From positions 295,182,001 to 295,246,000 of the forward strand of contig OZ024742.1 in assembly GCA_964016885.1 (NCBI GenBank): a stretch of 64,000 nucleotides of DNA, given 5' to 3'. The translations under genes and the position numbers were made by a program. Under the pieces are notes generated by a model that did not search any database, was not told the origin of the DNA, and worked only from the letters and a program-made list of their open reading frames with translations. Shown piece after piece: positions 38,846 to 50,544 of the stretch (positions are counted from its first letter, which is position 1; every line of letters starts with the position of its first letter). Origin of the DNA: Eledone cirrhosa (lineage: Eukaryota).

Positions 38846-41800
38846 ACAAGAAAAAAATTTCTGTAAGAAGAAACTTTGGAACATAAATTCTTTACATCCT
38901 GCAGATTTTTCTTTAATTACCAACATATTTTGAAAGTAAATGATCCTTTTACACAGCATTACTTAACCCTGGTCTGTTATTCGGTTTGATGATTCCAAAT
39001 TTCATAAAATGACAGGGATAGTATTGCGATATATTCAGTATCCTACCATGACATCCTAAAGATGTGATGCCTCTCCCCACTCAATATAAAAACATATTTG
39101 GTGTTAAAAAACTATAATGTAAAATTTAGAAACATTGCTCATCAACTTACCCACTATGTTCCCAGCCCATATTCCTTTGGAGTTTGGACTTTCTCTTTTA
39201 TTCCTTCAGAGTCAAAAACTTTCCAACCAGACAATACAATCCTGTATGACATCTGAACTTTATTTCCATCACTTCCTTATTTAAACTTATTTACCAAACA
39301 TATCTATCAATGTTATTTAACCCTTAAACCACCTGAAACTGCTCATGGTTCTACAATACAAAACTGTTTCTTTTAAAGTTTTTATATTTATATTAAAAAA
39401 AATTCTATAATGCTATGTAAAACATCTTTATGTTCCAAACACAAAATTTATAATGAGAAGGTTAGTTATATTATTAAATCTTCTCATATTCTTAAATATT
39501 TTCAAAAGTCTTTGAAAATCATAGGCTGTATCTTTCATTAGAAATATGGTAATGAAATGATTAATAGGCATATTATGTAACTTAAATTAGATTGAAACAG
39601 TCATGTACAATATATTCAGTTTAGTCACCTCATGACAACTGTCCACTTCTGGAAAAGAATGGTGTTCCTGCTTCTGCATGTGTACTAATTAGCATTTTAC
39701 CTTTAAATATAAAATATTTGTTTTAAACACATATTATAAGACAAAGATACTTTGAGGTTTTGAAGACTTACCGTAAATATACCTGTGTATAAGTTGCACC
39801 TTTTCCCATGAAAATACAATGTGAAAAAGCAGCATGTGATTTATTTACTGGTCCTTCAACATGTACATGCAGCAGCAGCAAGTGTTTTAAGGCCATTTTC
39901 TTCTATTAAAGCAAGTGTAAGCCTTGTAGGTCTATGACAGATGTCATGTTCATCATAGGATCATTTTAAGGCAATGTTTTACAGCTGGATGCCCTTCCTG
40001 GCACCAACCCTTTTGTCTCTTATGAGATCAATTTCAAAATATATGGTATGTAAATTGGAAGTACAACTTAAGCATGAGTGGATACACTATTTTCTCTTCT
40101 TGTTTTTGAATTTCATTTTTCTCATAAAATGGATGTTTAGCTACAGAAAAAAAGACTTGAAATTTAATTTGGTGAATTAGTCATTCAGAAAGTATGTTCT
40201 TGACTGCTTTCAGTGGCTCAAAAGACCAGGACATGATTTTCAACAGAGAAATTGTGTTATTTCAGTTTTCTGTACAAATGCGATGATTCTAATTTTATTA
40301 TATAATTATTTCACTGAAGTTATATGCTGTTCATCATTATCATCAGCCAACAACACACACATTCATCCTCCTCACCACAGTAGCCATTACACTCTCAGGC
40401 TTTCTTCAGTTCCTGCTTTTCATGTCGCGTTTTCTTTTCGAATTGCAACTCAAATAACTTCTTAGAACCTACTAAATATATTTTCTTCGAAATTAGATAT
40501 CCTTCAAATTTTATTTTATCACACCAGACTTATATTTTAATAAACAATTGAATTTCTGGCCTAACCGAAAAAAATAATAAAATATATAAAATATACATAT
40601 ATTTGACATATTTCTCTAGAAATCCGTTAGAAAAATATAACTAGTATCGAGACGATAGAAATATTTATAATTTGATAAATATCACTGACTCAACAATGTA
40701 TTACGCATTTAGATATTTCTAATCGTAATTATCATTTTGTTTTAAAATCTTATTTGTATTTATATTTAAAATGAAAAGCTTATTCGGTAATTATTTATTA
40801 TTAAAAAAATTAAAATTATAATGTGGGTATTTTCTGCATGATTGTATATCTATCTATCTAGAGAAAAGTAAGATCCAATAATAAAGAAAAAGCTTTAAAA
40901 ATTATTCTTTTTTCTCTTTTAATATTAGAAAAATAGAAGTATCTCAAATCTATTAACAGATCACGTACACAATACAGTTGGCATGACCAGTGTTGATGTG
41001 AAGAGGCCTTAGGTCTTACTTTTTGCCCCTGGGTGAGAGGAAGATGTCACAAGATAATGATTTTTACTTCTTCCCACATCCTGGATGCTGCAGTAAAGGT
41101 GACGACCACTGCATCCGTAGTCGAATGGAAATAAAATTCTAAAATACTAGGAATTTATCGGCAAAATATTATAACCTGTGGTGTTCAAGGCGTTTGGGGG
41201 AGCTGGGCCGCTTACAACGAAGTCCTGGTCATTGTTGACGGTTTGCCTTGCCCGCAAGTGTGCTTAGTTATTCCAGCATCTTAGCCTCGCTATCACCCGC
41301 GGTAATACTTCGAGTGACTCTGCTGGCATAACAAATTATGAGAGGAAGTACCAGCACCCCTTGTGACATGTGATTGAGTGTGAAAATCTCCCCTCTTTCT
41401 TCTTTATTGCTCCTCTCTCCCTTCTATCTGTATTTAAAATGTATTCTGAAGTAGATCTATGTTAATAAAACTGAGATACATTCTATTTTCCATTATATAT
41501 ATATATATGTGTGTGTGGGTGCTTTGATCTAGATTACTTTAAAAAAAAAAGAATTTAATATATAAATATGGATCCCGATTGATTTAGAAGTGTTACAATA
41601 ACGAATAAATTTACTCCAGTGAAGTGAATACACTTTCAGTAGAAAATAAATATACTTACTTTTAGGAGTTCACTAGATTTAGTTGTTCGCCATAACTATA
41701 CTATTTTTATTTTATATACATACACACACACACACATATATATCATACAAATGAAATACGGATCGCTCCCTACTTTACTGACATTTTTATATTGTATTTT

Positions 41801-42399
41801 TTTTCTATCACATTTAAATAATTAGTAAATGAGTTAATTTTCTTCTTAGTAATATATTCGATAGGATTACTAAAATAGAGACTACATATATACAATTAGT
41901 CAGTCGTTTGAAATGTGTCGGAAGGAGTGAATAAGGAAGAAAACTATGAATACATTTTGGAAAAGCAAATTAATTGCACTAATGGTTTATAATTCTTTAA
42001 AAAAACCAACAAACAAATTAATACTAAATATTTTCCTTGTGACAACACTCCCCTCTGTCTAATATATGTCCACACCTTATCTAAGTATTAATCATAACAA
42101 TTATTATTTCTCATTTGACACTATTATGTACAAATATAATGCATTTTACTAATATTAATATATCCAGTATTAATAATTAAGTGTTTAGTTTCGATGGAAG
42201 GGGTGATTATAATATAGCTTTGTAATAATTACAAAAAGATTAACAATTAAAAAAATAGAATAAATAGATTTAGTGATAAAATAAATAAGATTTAATTTAA
42301 TTTAATTCTTTAAAAAATATATATTTTACGACGAAAATATAATAATAATAAAAAAAACATTTTGGTTACTAAACATCAACGGGAATCTCGTTTATAACA

Positions 42400-42786
42400 T
42401 AGTAGTGTGACTAACTTCTGATTGGTTGAAATGTGAATTCAGTTGAAACGTCATCATTGGCAATAAAAGACCATTACTTTGTCACAAGCAGCCATTCCCC
42501 TCTGAACTCCGCGCCTGTAAGTTTCCTGCCTTCTTTACAACGAGCAGCAGTTCATTTCGGTTTTACTTTAACTCAACTGTGTTAAATTTTTTCCCTTATT
42601 CGTTGTTCCTGAAATTTCTCTTGTTTAAGTTTTAAAAGACCATCTTGTAATTTAATATACACACAAAGTCATCCTTTGTGTGTATCTAAACGTCTTCGCT
42701 TTCCCCTTTAACTCGAGAAAAAAATCGTTGCCACCCCTCACTGTCGGGGTTTGATATCGCTTGGTGGAATAAACACTACCTGCTGT
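42400..42786 (+). promoter_or_regulatory. eIF1 promoter / AUG-free 5' leader
   Basis: Two reverse CCAAT boxes (CTGATTGGTT ~42418, CATTGG ~42455), raised CpG content, no ATG from ~42500 to the start codon. TSS not determinable. Confidence 0.5.
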
Positions 42787-42814
42787 ATGACCTGTATCCC
42801 GAGCCTTTCTTTGG
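42787..42814 (+). CDS. EIF1: Translation initiation factor eIF1/SUI1, coding exon 1 (MTCIPSLSL-D)
   Basis: ATG in TGT-ATG-A context, perfect donor G|GTAAGT, phase 1 completing the Asp codon with exon 2; gives a normal-length 111-aa protein. Confidence 0.75.
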
Positions 42815-44522
42815 GTAAGTATTGGAATATTTACATTTTAAATGCTTCATCTCTTCACACGAAATATTCTATTTTGCTAGGGAAGGTTGAAATTAAAAAT
42901 TCCGACCTCTTTTTTTTTCTTCATCCATTTAAATTTATTTATTTATTTATGCCCTACTTTGGCTTCAGCTTTCATCCGCCATGTTGTGTTTCTCTTTTAT
43001 GTTTCACTTCATCGTATCCTGATTTTTTCCTTATGCACGCCCAAATATCTTTCATAAATCGTAGTCTTAAATTTATTGCATTGTCATTGTTTTTAAATAG
43101 ATACTCGCTGTATTTTCTGAAGTAACTTATCTCCGCCATGTTCCATTTTATATGTCTCCTCTCACTGTTTTCCTCTTATTTTTGCATTCGTAAATATCTT
43201 GTATTTTATTTTGAAATATCTGCTGTCATGTTCAAATTCTTGTTTCATTTTCTTCATTTTCTTTTGCATACGCAAATTTCTTGCTTCTACATTTCATATC
43301 AAGTCTCATTATATATACTAAGCATTTTCAATAAAATACTTACTCAGTACTTACTCTTCGTATCCGCCATATTCTTTCATATAAAACCTGTCTCTACCAC
43401 ATTTTATTTTTCTTAGTACTTAAATACCAATCGTGCTTCTGCTTTTTATGCAGACATTCTTGAATTTATTGCATTATTTCTAAATATTAACTGACACTAC
43501 ATATTCATCTTTATATCTCTCTTCGTCTTATCATTTTCAGTTTCCCTTTTTCTAATTGCAGTCTTGAATTTATTGCATTTTTAAATGTAGGCCTTTTCTC
43601 TTAAGTAGCTGACAATACTTTAGTCGTCGATTCGTTATTTCTTTAAACTCTTTATAGGAATATTTCTATCTAATCCATTAAACTTAAGATATTTGAATTT
43701 AATGAATATTGTTTTTTTTTTGTAACTTTAGTTATTCTAAAAATCTGCTACACGTTAATGTAGTTAAGCACCTGCTGGTGTTTTAGTGGTAGTCTATGCC
43801 ACAAAATATAATTTTGATGGAAATTTTAGTTGTCTGGTAAGGCATTCCAGCAATCTATCAATCGTTTGATGAAAGAATATATTTGTTACATATCAGATTT
43901 TGTCTGCTCTCATTTTGTCTCTCTTTAGCTGGAATGGAAAAGTTATCGATTTGTTCCTTTTGTATCAATCTTATGGTTTAAATTAAATCACAATTAAATG
44001 CTGCCACCATTGTTATAGCGTTTACTGTTGGTCGTCTTTGTCATTCCAGCCGAAGTAATGCAGAAGGCAATAATATTTAAGATTAAATATCAAGTGAAAA
44101 CGACACTTTCCAAAATTTTCATAATTAATCGGCATTGAAAATAGGACACTCCCGTCGTATAATTTAGTCATAGCTTCCCTGTCCGAAAAAAAAAAGACGG
44201 TAGTCATGACTGAAACATTTTTTGAATATAGGATTGCTGGATCAGGGCTGACTAAATAGGTTCCATTTTATTGCCAGACCCACTGAGAACTCTGCCCCCA
44301 CGATCTTCTCAGGAGGAATAAGTGGGCGAAGTGTACGATGATTTACGATGGAGTTTACCGAAAGTGTTAAAATCGCCTGATATTTTTTCATATTTATGGC
44401 TAAAGCGTCTGTAATATATTATATAAAGCTATTTGTTGCCATCCCTTAGTCTAATTAATGTTTGACTGACACATGCGCAGTGATGTAGTGAAGTCAAAGG
44501 AATTTTTTTTATGGTGTTTCAG

Positions 44523-44683
44523 ATCCGAAGACTGCCAGCGATGATGTTGGTGGTGGTTCTGGCGTTCAAGAGAGTATAATTCATATTCGGATTCAACAGA
44601 GAAACGGGCGAAAAACCCTAACTACTGTGCAAGGCATCTCGACGCAATACGACTTAAAAAAGATAGTCAAGGCCTGTAAGAAA
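44523..44683 (+). CDS. EIF1: eIF1/SUI1 exon 2
   Basis: DPKTASDDVGGGSGVQESIIHIRIQQRNGRKTLTTVQGISTQYDLKKIVKACKK; TTTCAG acceptor, GTAAGT donor. Confidence 0.98.
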
Positions 44684-44735
44684 GTAAGTTAACATTCTTG
44701 TATTTATGACGTAATTTCTTAATTTAATTTGTTAT

Positions 44736-44785
<50 letters not shown>

Positions 44786-44823
44786 TTTTGTTTTAACTTC
44801 AGGACTCTTTATTACTTAACTAG

Positions 44824-44955
44824 GAATTCGCCTGTAATGGTACTGTAGTGGATCATTCTGAGTACGGGGAAGTTATACAGCTGCAAGGAGATCAGAGAAC
44901 CAACATTCGGGACTTTCTTAAGCATCTCCGGATTGCTAAAGATGAACAGTTAAAG
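44824..44955 (+). CDS. EIF1: eIF1/SUI1 exon 3
   Basis: EFACNGTVVDHSEYGEVIQLQGDQRTNIRDFLKHLRIAKDEQLK; TAG acceptor, AG|GTAAAT donor. Confidence 0.98.
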
Positions 44956-45252
44956 GTAAATATCGGGCATCTTATGAAATTAAAGTTAAGGGAGTATTTC
45001 GCTTCGGGTATATATGAAATGTAAGCCTTGTCAGTCTTCATTGGAGCATTTAATTTTCAAAAATAGCAGGTAACTTTGTTTTGGGATAGGGCACAAACTG
45101 ATTAGGAAATATTCAGAATAGGTGTATAGAATGGGGGTGCGTTTATAATTTGTGTAAGAGTAAAATAGGTACCTAAAGCGAAACATTGCTCTTGTTATTT
45201 TAAGTTGTATGCTATGTTGGCAATTTATAATGTTATAATTATTTAATTGCAG

Positions 45253-45267
45253 GTACATGGTTTCTGA
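45253..45267 (+). CDS. EIF1: eIF1/SUI1 exon 4 (VHGF-stop)
   Basis: TTGCAG|GTA CAT GGT TTC TGA gives the conserved VHGF C-terminus. Confidence 0.95.
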   Translation, partial: VHGF

Positions 45268-45494
45268 GTACCTCTGCTGATCCAGCGCCTATTGCTACTA
45301 TGTACTTGGACCTTCAAAACAGGTAGCAATGTATCTATTGGCCGTTGATGTATTTGTCCATCCTAATTTTTTTTCTTTTAAATTAGATCTTCACTCAATT
45401 CGGCTGAACTGGCCATGATACCTATGTAAATTTATGACCCCATTACTTGGGAATGGCTGTCTTTTAGTGCTTTATTACTTTTTTGTATGCAATT

Positions 45495-45500
45495 AATAAA
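45495..45500 (+). terminator. Probable eIF1 polyadenylation signal
   Basis: First AATAAA after the stop, with upstream TGTA and downstream T/GT-rich sequence. Confidence 0.65.
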
Positions 45501-48199
45501 TTTTTTTTTAAAACATCTGCCTTTCATTTTTTATATACTTGGTGTGGTGTTCTATATGCAAATAGAAATGTACTGATATTTGGGTTGTGTACTGGATGAG
45601 TGACTCAGAGGTTTAAATGAAGTAGGCAGGCCCAGAATGATGTGGGAGAAGGAAATGAGAACCAGGACATTAGAGATGAGCTCAAACACTGGTATGGTGA
45701 TTAAGGTTGTCACTAGTGTTATTTTAAACCTTCCTGTCCAAGCCCATGCCAGCATGAAATAGTTTCACTGTTCAGTGGCTGGAATATGCTATCTATGATT
45801 ATCAAATAATTTTGAAAATGATTATTTTGTAATCTCTACTGGATCATCTTTGTCATAACAAAAGGTTTTGCTTAAAGAATATTAAGTGAATACAATTGAC
45901 ATTACATTTCTATAGAAAATTGAAAGGTTTCAGTAAATGAAGACATTATCAATACAAAATTTTTTCTCATTTTAACATATTTGAAATCGGTCATTTATCT
46001 GCAAAATTTCAGATGTGCATTGTGTAGAAACTCCCCCCCCCCCCCCAATTTATTTTTGTATGGAAGTTAATTAACCTTAACAGGCTGCCTGCAGGTCATG
46101 CTGGGGTACCACTGTAACCATATTCCAATTAAAGAATTTTACTGAAATATCAACTTTCGTTAACTTCGTATTTCAAATGGAAATTATGGATGTTGCATAA
46201 CATTTAAAAATCATTTTGGATTTGAGGTTGCAAAAATAAATTATGTAACTAGGGGAGACAACTCAATGCAGTAAAGTATCAAACTGCATCAACTACAGCT
46301 GTGGATGTTTTCAAAGCCATACATAGTCATCTTGTCCAACCCATGTCAGCAGGGGTGTAAATTGATTTTTCAATTAACTAAAGTATTAAGATGACATGGA
46401 TAAATAAAAACCAGCAAGAAATAAAAGTTAAAAAGGATGCACTTACGAAAAAGCAGTAATGTGAGCTTTCACCAGAGCAGTCATGTGATTATATCACATG
46501 CATGGTCAAAACCAAGAGTTGTGAACCGTTTGAGGGAAGTCAAGGAGATAAAATTGTTCTAAACGCCAGCTGAATATGTTCTAATTCTTTCTTTACAAAA
46601 AAAAATTGAAAGTTATTAGAAAAATGGTTATCTAGAGATGTAAATTCTTTGTTAAAAAATATTAGTCTTTTGTGAGTGTTAATTATATACCTGTTAGTGT
46701 AAACATTGGCACCTTGCCCACCACATGGTCAATTTTTAGTCTATTATGACTACTAATCGCTGATTTTTGTACATGGTGTCCTCCTCCAAGTATGTCCATT
46801 CTTTGGTAGGGTACAATTTAAGAAATTTGTCCATTTTGTGGCAGTGAATTAGAACATCATAAAGCTTTCCAGTATTCCTTCGAATCCTATTGCAGTTGAG
46901 TAAAAAAAAAAAAATGAAAACAGATGAGCTCTATCAAGTTTAAAGTGACCATATATAATGTAAAAAAGATGTTTCATAGTTTTCTAAGCAAACAATTTCT
47001 CTCCAGAAAATGAGTGGAATATTTGTTTGTGTATATAATTTATAGTAACAAACCCATATACATGGACCAACTGGAGTGTAGATATGGCGCTCATTTCATG
47101 TGATTATCACTGGATCCTCTCTGCTCAACTAAGAATCGGTCCACATTTTACACACCTGCCAAAACTATCCAAAGGAAGGGATTGAACATACAACCAAAAC
47201 TCGGTGCTCTCCAAGTTCCAACCCCCGCATGCACGAGATCCAAGGTCACATGCCAAAACTGCAGTAGCTTGCATTAAGCACTGTCCAGATGTTACATGTA
47301 CAAATCAAAGTCACCATAATGTTCAGTGTATTGAATAAACGGTGCATATGGTTATAGCTCATGAAATGGAGTTAAGGCTTTTAGGATTCTGTTGCCAGTT
47401 CTTATTTCTGGGATATTTAAGAATGACCATTCTGATAATGCTAGCAGCAGCATCTCAGTCTCTAAGTGGCAGGCTGTATATAGCTGAATGAGTATTTATA
47501 ATAATTGCTTGTGGCTTTAAAAATAAACACATGGCTCTTAGAAATCTTTTCAGACAATTGGAGCCATGAGTCTCCTACAAGAGAAAGTTATATAAGTTGC
47601 TGTCTCAGATTATAGGTCAGTCTTTTGGTGGTCGTATAATGGCCTGGAAAAACATTGTTCACTATATATATTGACCTACACAATAGATACTGTAAAGTGG
47701 TTGGTAATTGGAAGGGCATCCAGCCATAGAAAACCTACCAAATAAAGGGTTGGGAGAACTGTGCACTCAGAACATGAGACCATATGTAAGCAAGATTAGT
47801 AGCCCCACTTCTCTAACTTGGTCTGTGTAGACCTTGCTGGCAGGGAAAGCAGACGTTATGATTATATAAACTTTTTTTTTTTTTTTGTTCCATTGCTGGC
47901 TTTGCCAACACTTTTTAAAAGATATTTATAAATGTTCAAGACCCTGACGGCAGAGCTCAAGCGGTTGGGGTTTTGAACATTTTCCTATATATATATATAT
48001 ATATATATAGTGTGTATAGATATCTATGCGTATATACATAGGTTATTCAGTAATTTTGTTGATTAGTGAACACTCGATGCTATAACTGATTTGACAGTTT
48101 AAATTTAAAATGTTTTTGTATATAAGCTACTACTTGTTTCACAGATTGATTTGCTTCAATGTTGACAAAAACATTTTAAAGTGAAACTGTTATATGTAT

Positions 48200-49550
48200 G
48201 GTGGTGTAGGTATTCTGAGAAATGGATAGATAAGGTAATTGATGCAGTTAGAGTAAGCAAATGAAGCTTAGGCAATAGAATAACTATCATCTATACCTAT
48301 GCAGGACTAAGTAAATCACAAAGGACTATTTCTTTGAAGAACTTGTAGAAACAACTTCAATTACAGATGATAGGCAACTTCAATGAACATGTTTGTGGAG
48401 TACATGGTTGATTTGGTTATGGCTCTCTTCGGATTCTGTGATGCAAATGATCTTGCAACACTGGCTAGCTACCAAATCTGGCAAACATACAAGCAAGATT
48501 AACTTCTTGTTAGGAAATTAAATTGGTAGTTATGAATATCAAGTCCTTCCCTGGAGAAGAATGTGCTACCCAACAATAGTTAGTTATTAGTGACATCAGA
48601 ATAAGACAGCAAGAAATAAAAAAACTGTAGTAGGAGAGTATAGAAGCTAAAAAGCCTTTGTTAAATACGGGTTCAGGAAAGCTGATACACATGGCAAATG
48701 AGAGGAGTTAGGTTCATATAGACAAGTACAGATCGGAGTGCATCAGGGCTTGGCCCTCAGCTCATTTCTGTTAATTATAGTTCTCTGGGCCATAACAGCA
48801 GTTTAAGATTGGCTGTCCATGGAAACTTCTGTTTGCTGATGATCTGGTTCTCAGCTGAATTCCAGCTTTGGAAATACAACTTAGAATTATAAGGGTTCAG
48901 CATAAACTTAGTAAAAACCAAAGTGTTAGTAAATAGGAAAGAAGACAGACTTTGATCTTATCAGGGAAAAGGTCTTGCTCTATAAGTAGAAATGGCATAG
49001 GCAGAAACCATACGATGCACACAGTCTATAGGTATATGAGGAGTGTAGTGGGGTAACAGGAAAGATCCGTGAAAGTGGCCGATAGCTTCTGCTACCTAGG
49101 TGATCTAATTAGCAATGGAGGTGATTGCTCTGAGAGCATAGTATTTAGAACAAGAACATGATAAAAACTGAGCTACTACTTCTGTTTACAACAAAAGGCT
49201 GGTTGTGTGATGTGCAATGCTGCACAGTAGTGAGGCATAAGTAGGATATGAGAAGGCTTCAATGCTTGTGCAATATGTGTGAATGACAAAACATGGATGA
49301 ACTGAAAGATATACTAGGTATGAGAAGTAGTATGTGAGAGAAGACTGTACCTGTGATGTGCAAGGATGATGGTTGTTGGGTGAAAAAGTGCGAAGAAATT
49401 ACAGTGGGAGGAGGTGGTGAGAGGTGATCTCAAATTGCAGAAGCTCACAGAGGACAAAGAACAAATGCGATGAATGGACAGAAGCTGTGCTGAAAAAGAC
49501 CTGTCCAACCATGGAAAAGTAGACAGAACAGTGACGTTGATGATAATGAT
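48200..49550 (+). mobile_element. Heavily deleted RTE LINE (PHD family), endonuclease to 3' tail
   Basis: PGEECATQ..LVISD (endonuclease end), GCPWKLLFADDLV, FCYLGD, (GAT)n tail. Confidence 0.7.
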
Positions 49551-50321
49551 ATGTACGTACATATAAATACATACAAGTTTATTAGTTATTTTTCTATCGG
49601 GTGATTTTCTGCATTTGCGAATACAAGCGGCCGAAATGGGGTTCCTCCGAAGGGTCTTAACATTACTCAATAGAGTGCATAGCTCGGAGATCAGAGAGTC
49701 ACTCCAGGTAGAGCTGCTACTTCTCCAAATTGAGAGATCACAGCTCTGATACTATGGACATGTGGTTAGAATGTCTCAGGAAATAATCGCTGGACAGATT
49801 TTACAGACAAAACCAACCGGTGGGAGACCCCAAGAAAGATGGATAACATCCATGATCTTGGCTGGTTTCACTTGGGGATCCATCTGGATTAGGTGGTTGC
49901 TTCTGGCAGGACTCACTCGAAAGATTGTTTGAGGACTGCCCCCACGACCCTCTAAATGCATGAAGAAGAGTTATATAAAGAAATAAACAAAATGATTCTA
50001 GAATTAGAAAACAATGGAATAAGTTGGTATGGAATAATTCTTGATACAAGCTTTCATTCAACGCAGTATATTTAACAAACAATCTGAAAGGAATGATGTT
50101 CTTTTGAGAAGGAGATGACTTACCAAAAAAATGGTGACAAATATTTTCTTTTTTTCGATTTCTGTATCGATTTCATAAAATGTTTGAAATTCGAACCCCC
50201 ACCCCCCACAAAAAAACAACAACGAAAAGCACTAAGATGAAAATAAATATAAAATTTAGAAGAAAAAGATGAGAAAGAACAATAAAAAAATAATAGTTGT
50301 TATCCGTCCTTGGGCCCTCAT

Positions 50322-50544
50322 TTAACTCTTTAGCATTTAAACCTGCCATATCCGGTTTGAATTCTCTCACCTCTTTCTGTTCAACCCGAGTGTAACTGGC
50401 CACTCATACTGATGTTAAGGTATTGTTCTCAAATAAATAACATCAAAATCTCTTAGTTTCAATATTATGTGAGACAATTCTGTGGGATAAAGTCTTTACC
50501 TTGAAAATATAATAGTATATATAATGTTATTGCTAAAGGGTTAA
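50322..50544. mobile_element. MITE family A (opposite orientation)
   Basis: TTAA-flanked, full-length. Confidence 0.8.

Noticed and set aside
39151-39270. Minus-strand exon ending at a GTAAGT donor
   Set aside because: Stops in all three frames and no clear acceptor.
41000-41400. RNase P/MRP, 7SK or telomerase RNA in the GC-richer island
   Set aside because: I could not find the diagnostic conserved regions or a telomeric template.
42751-43416. ORFs 42751-43125 and 43138-43416 as proteins
   Set aside because: The first is eIF1 exon 1 read through into the intron; the rest is T-rich intron.
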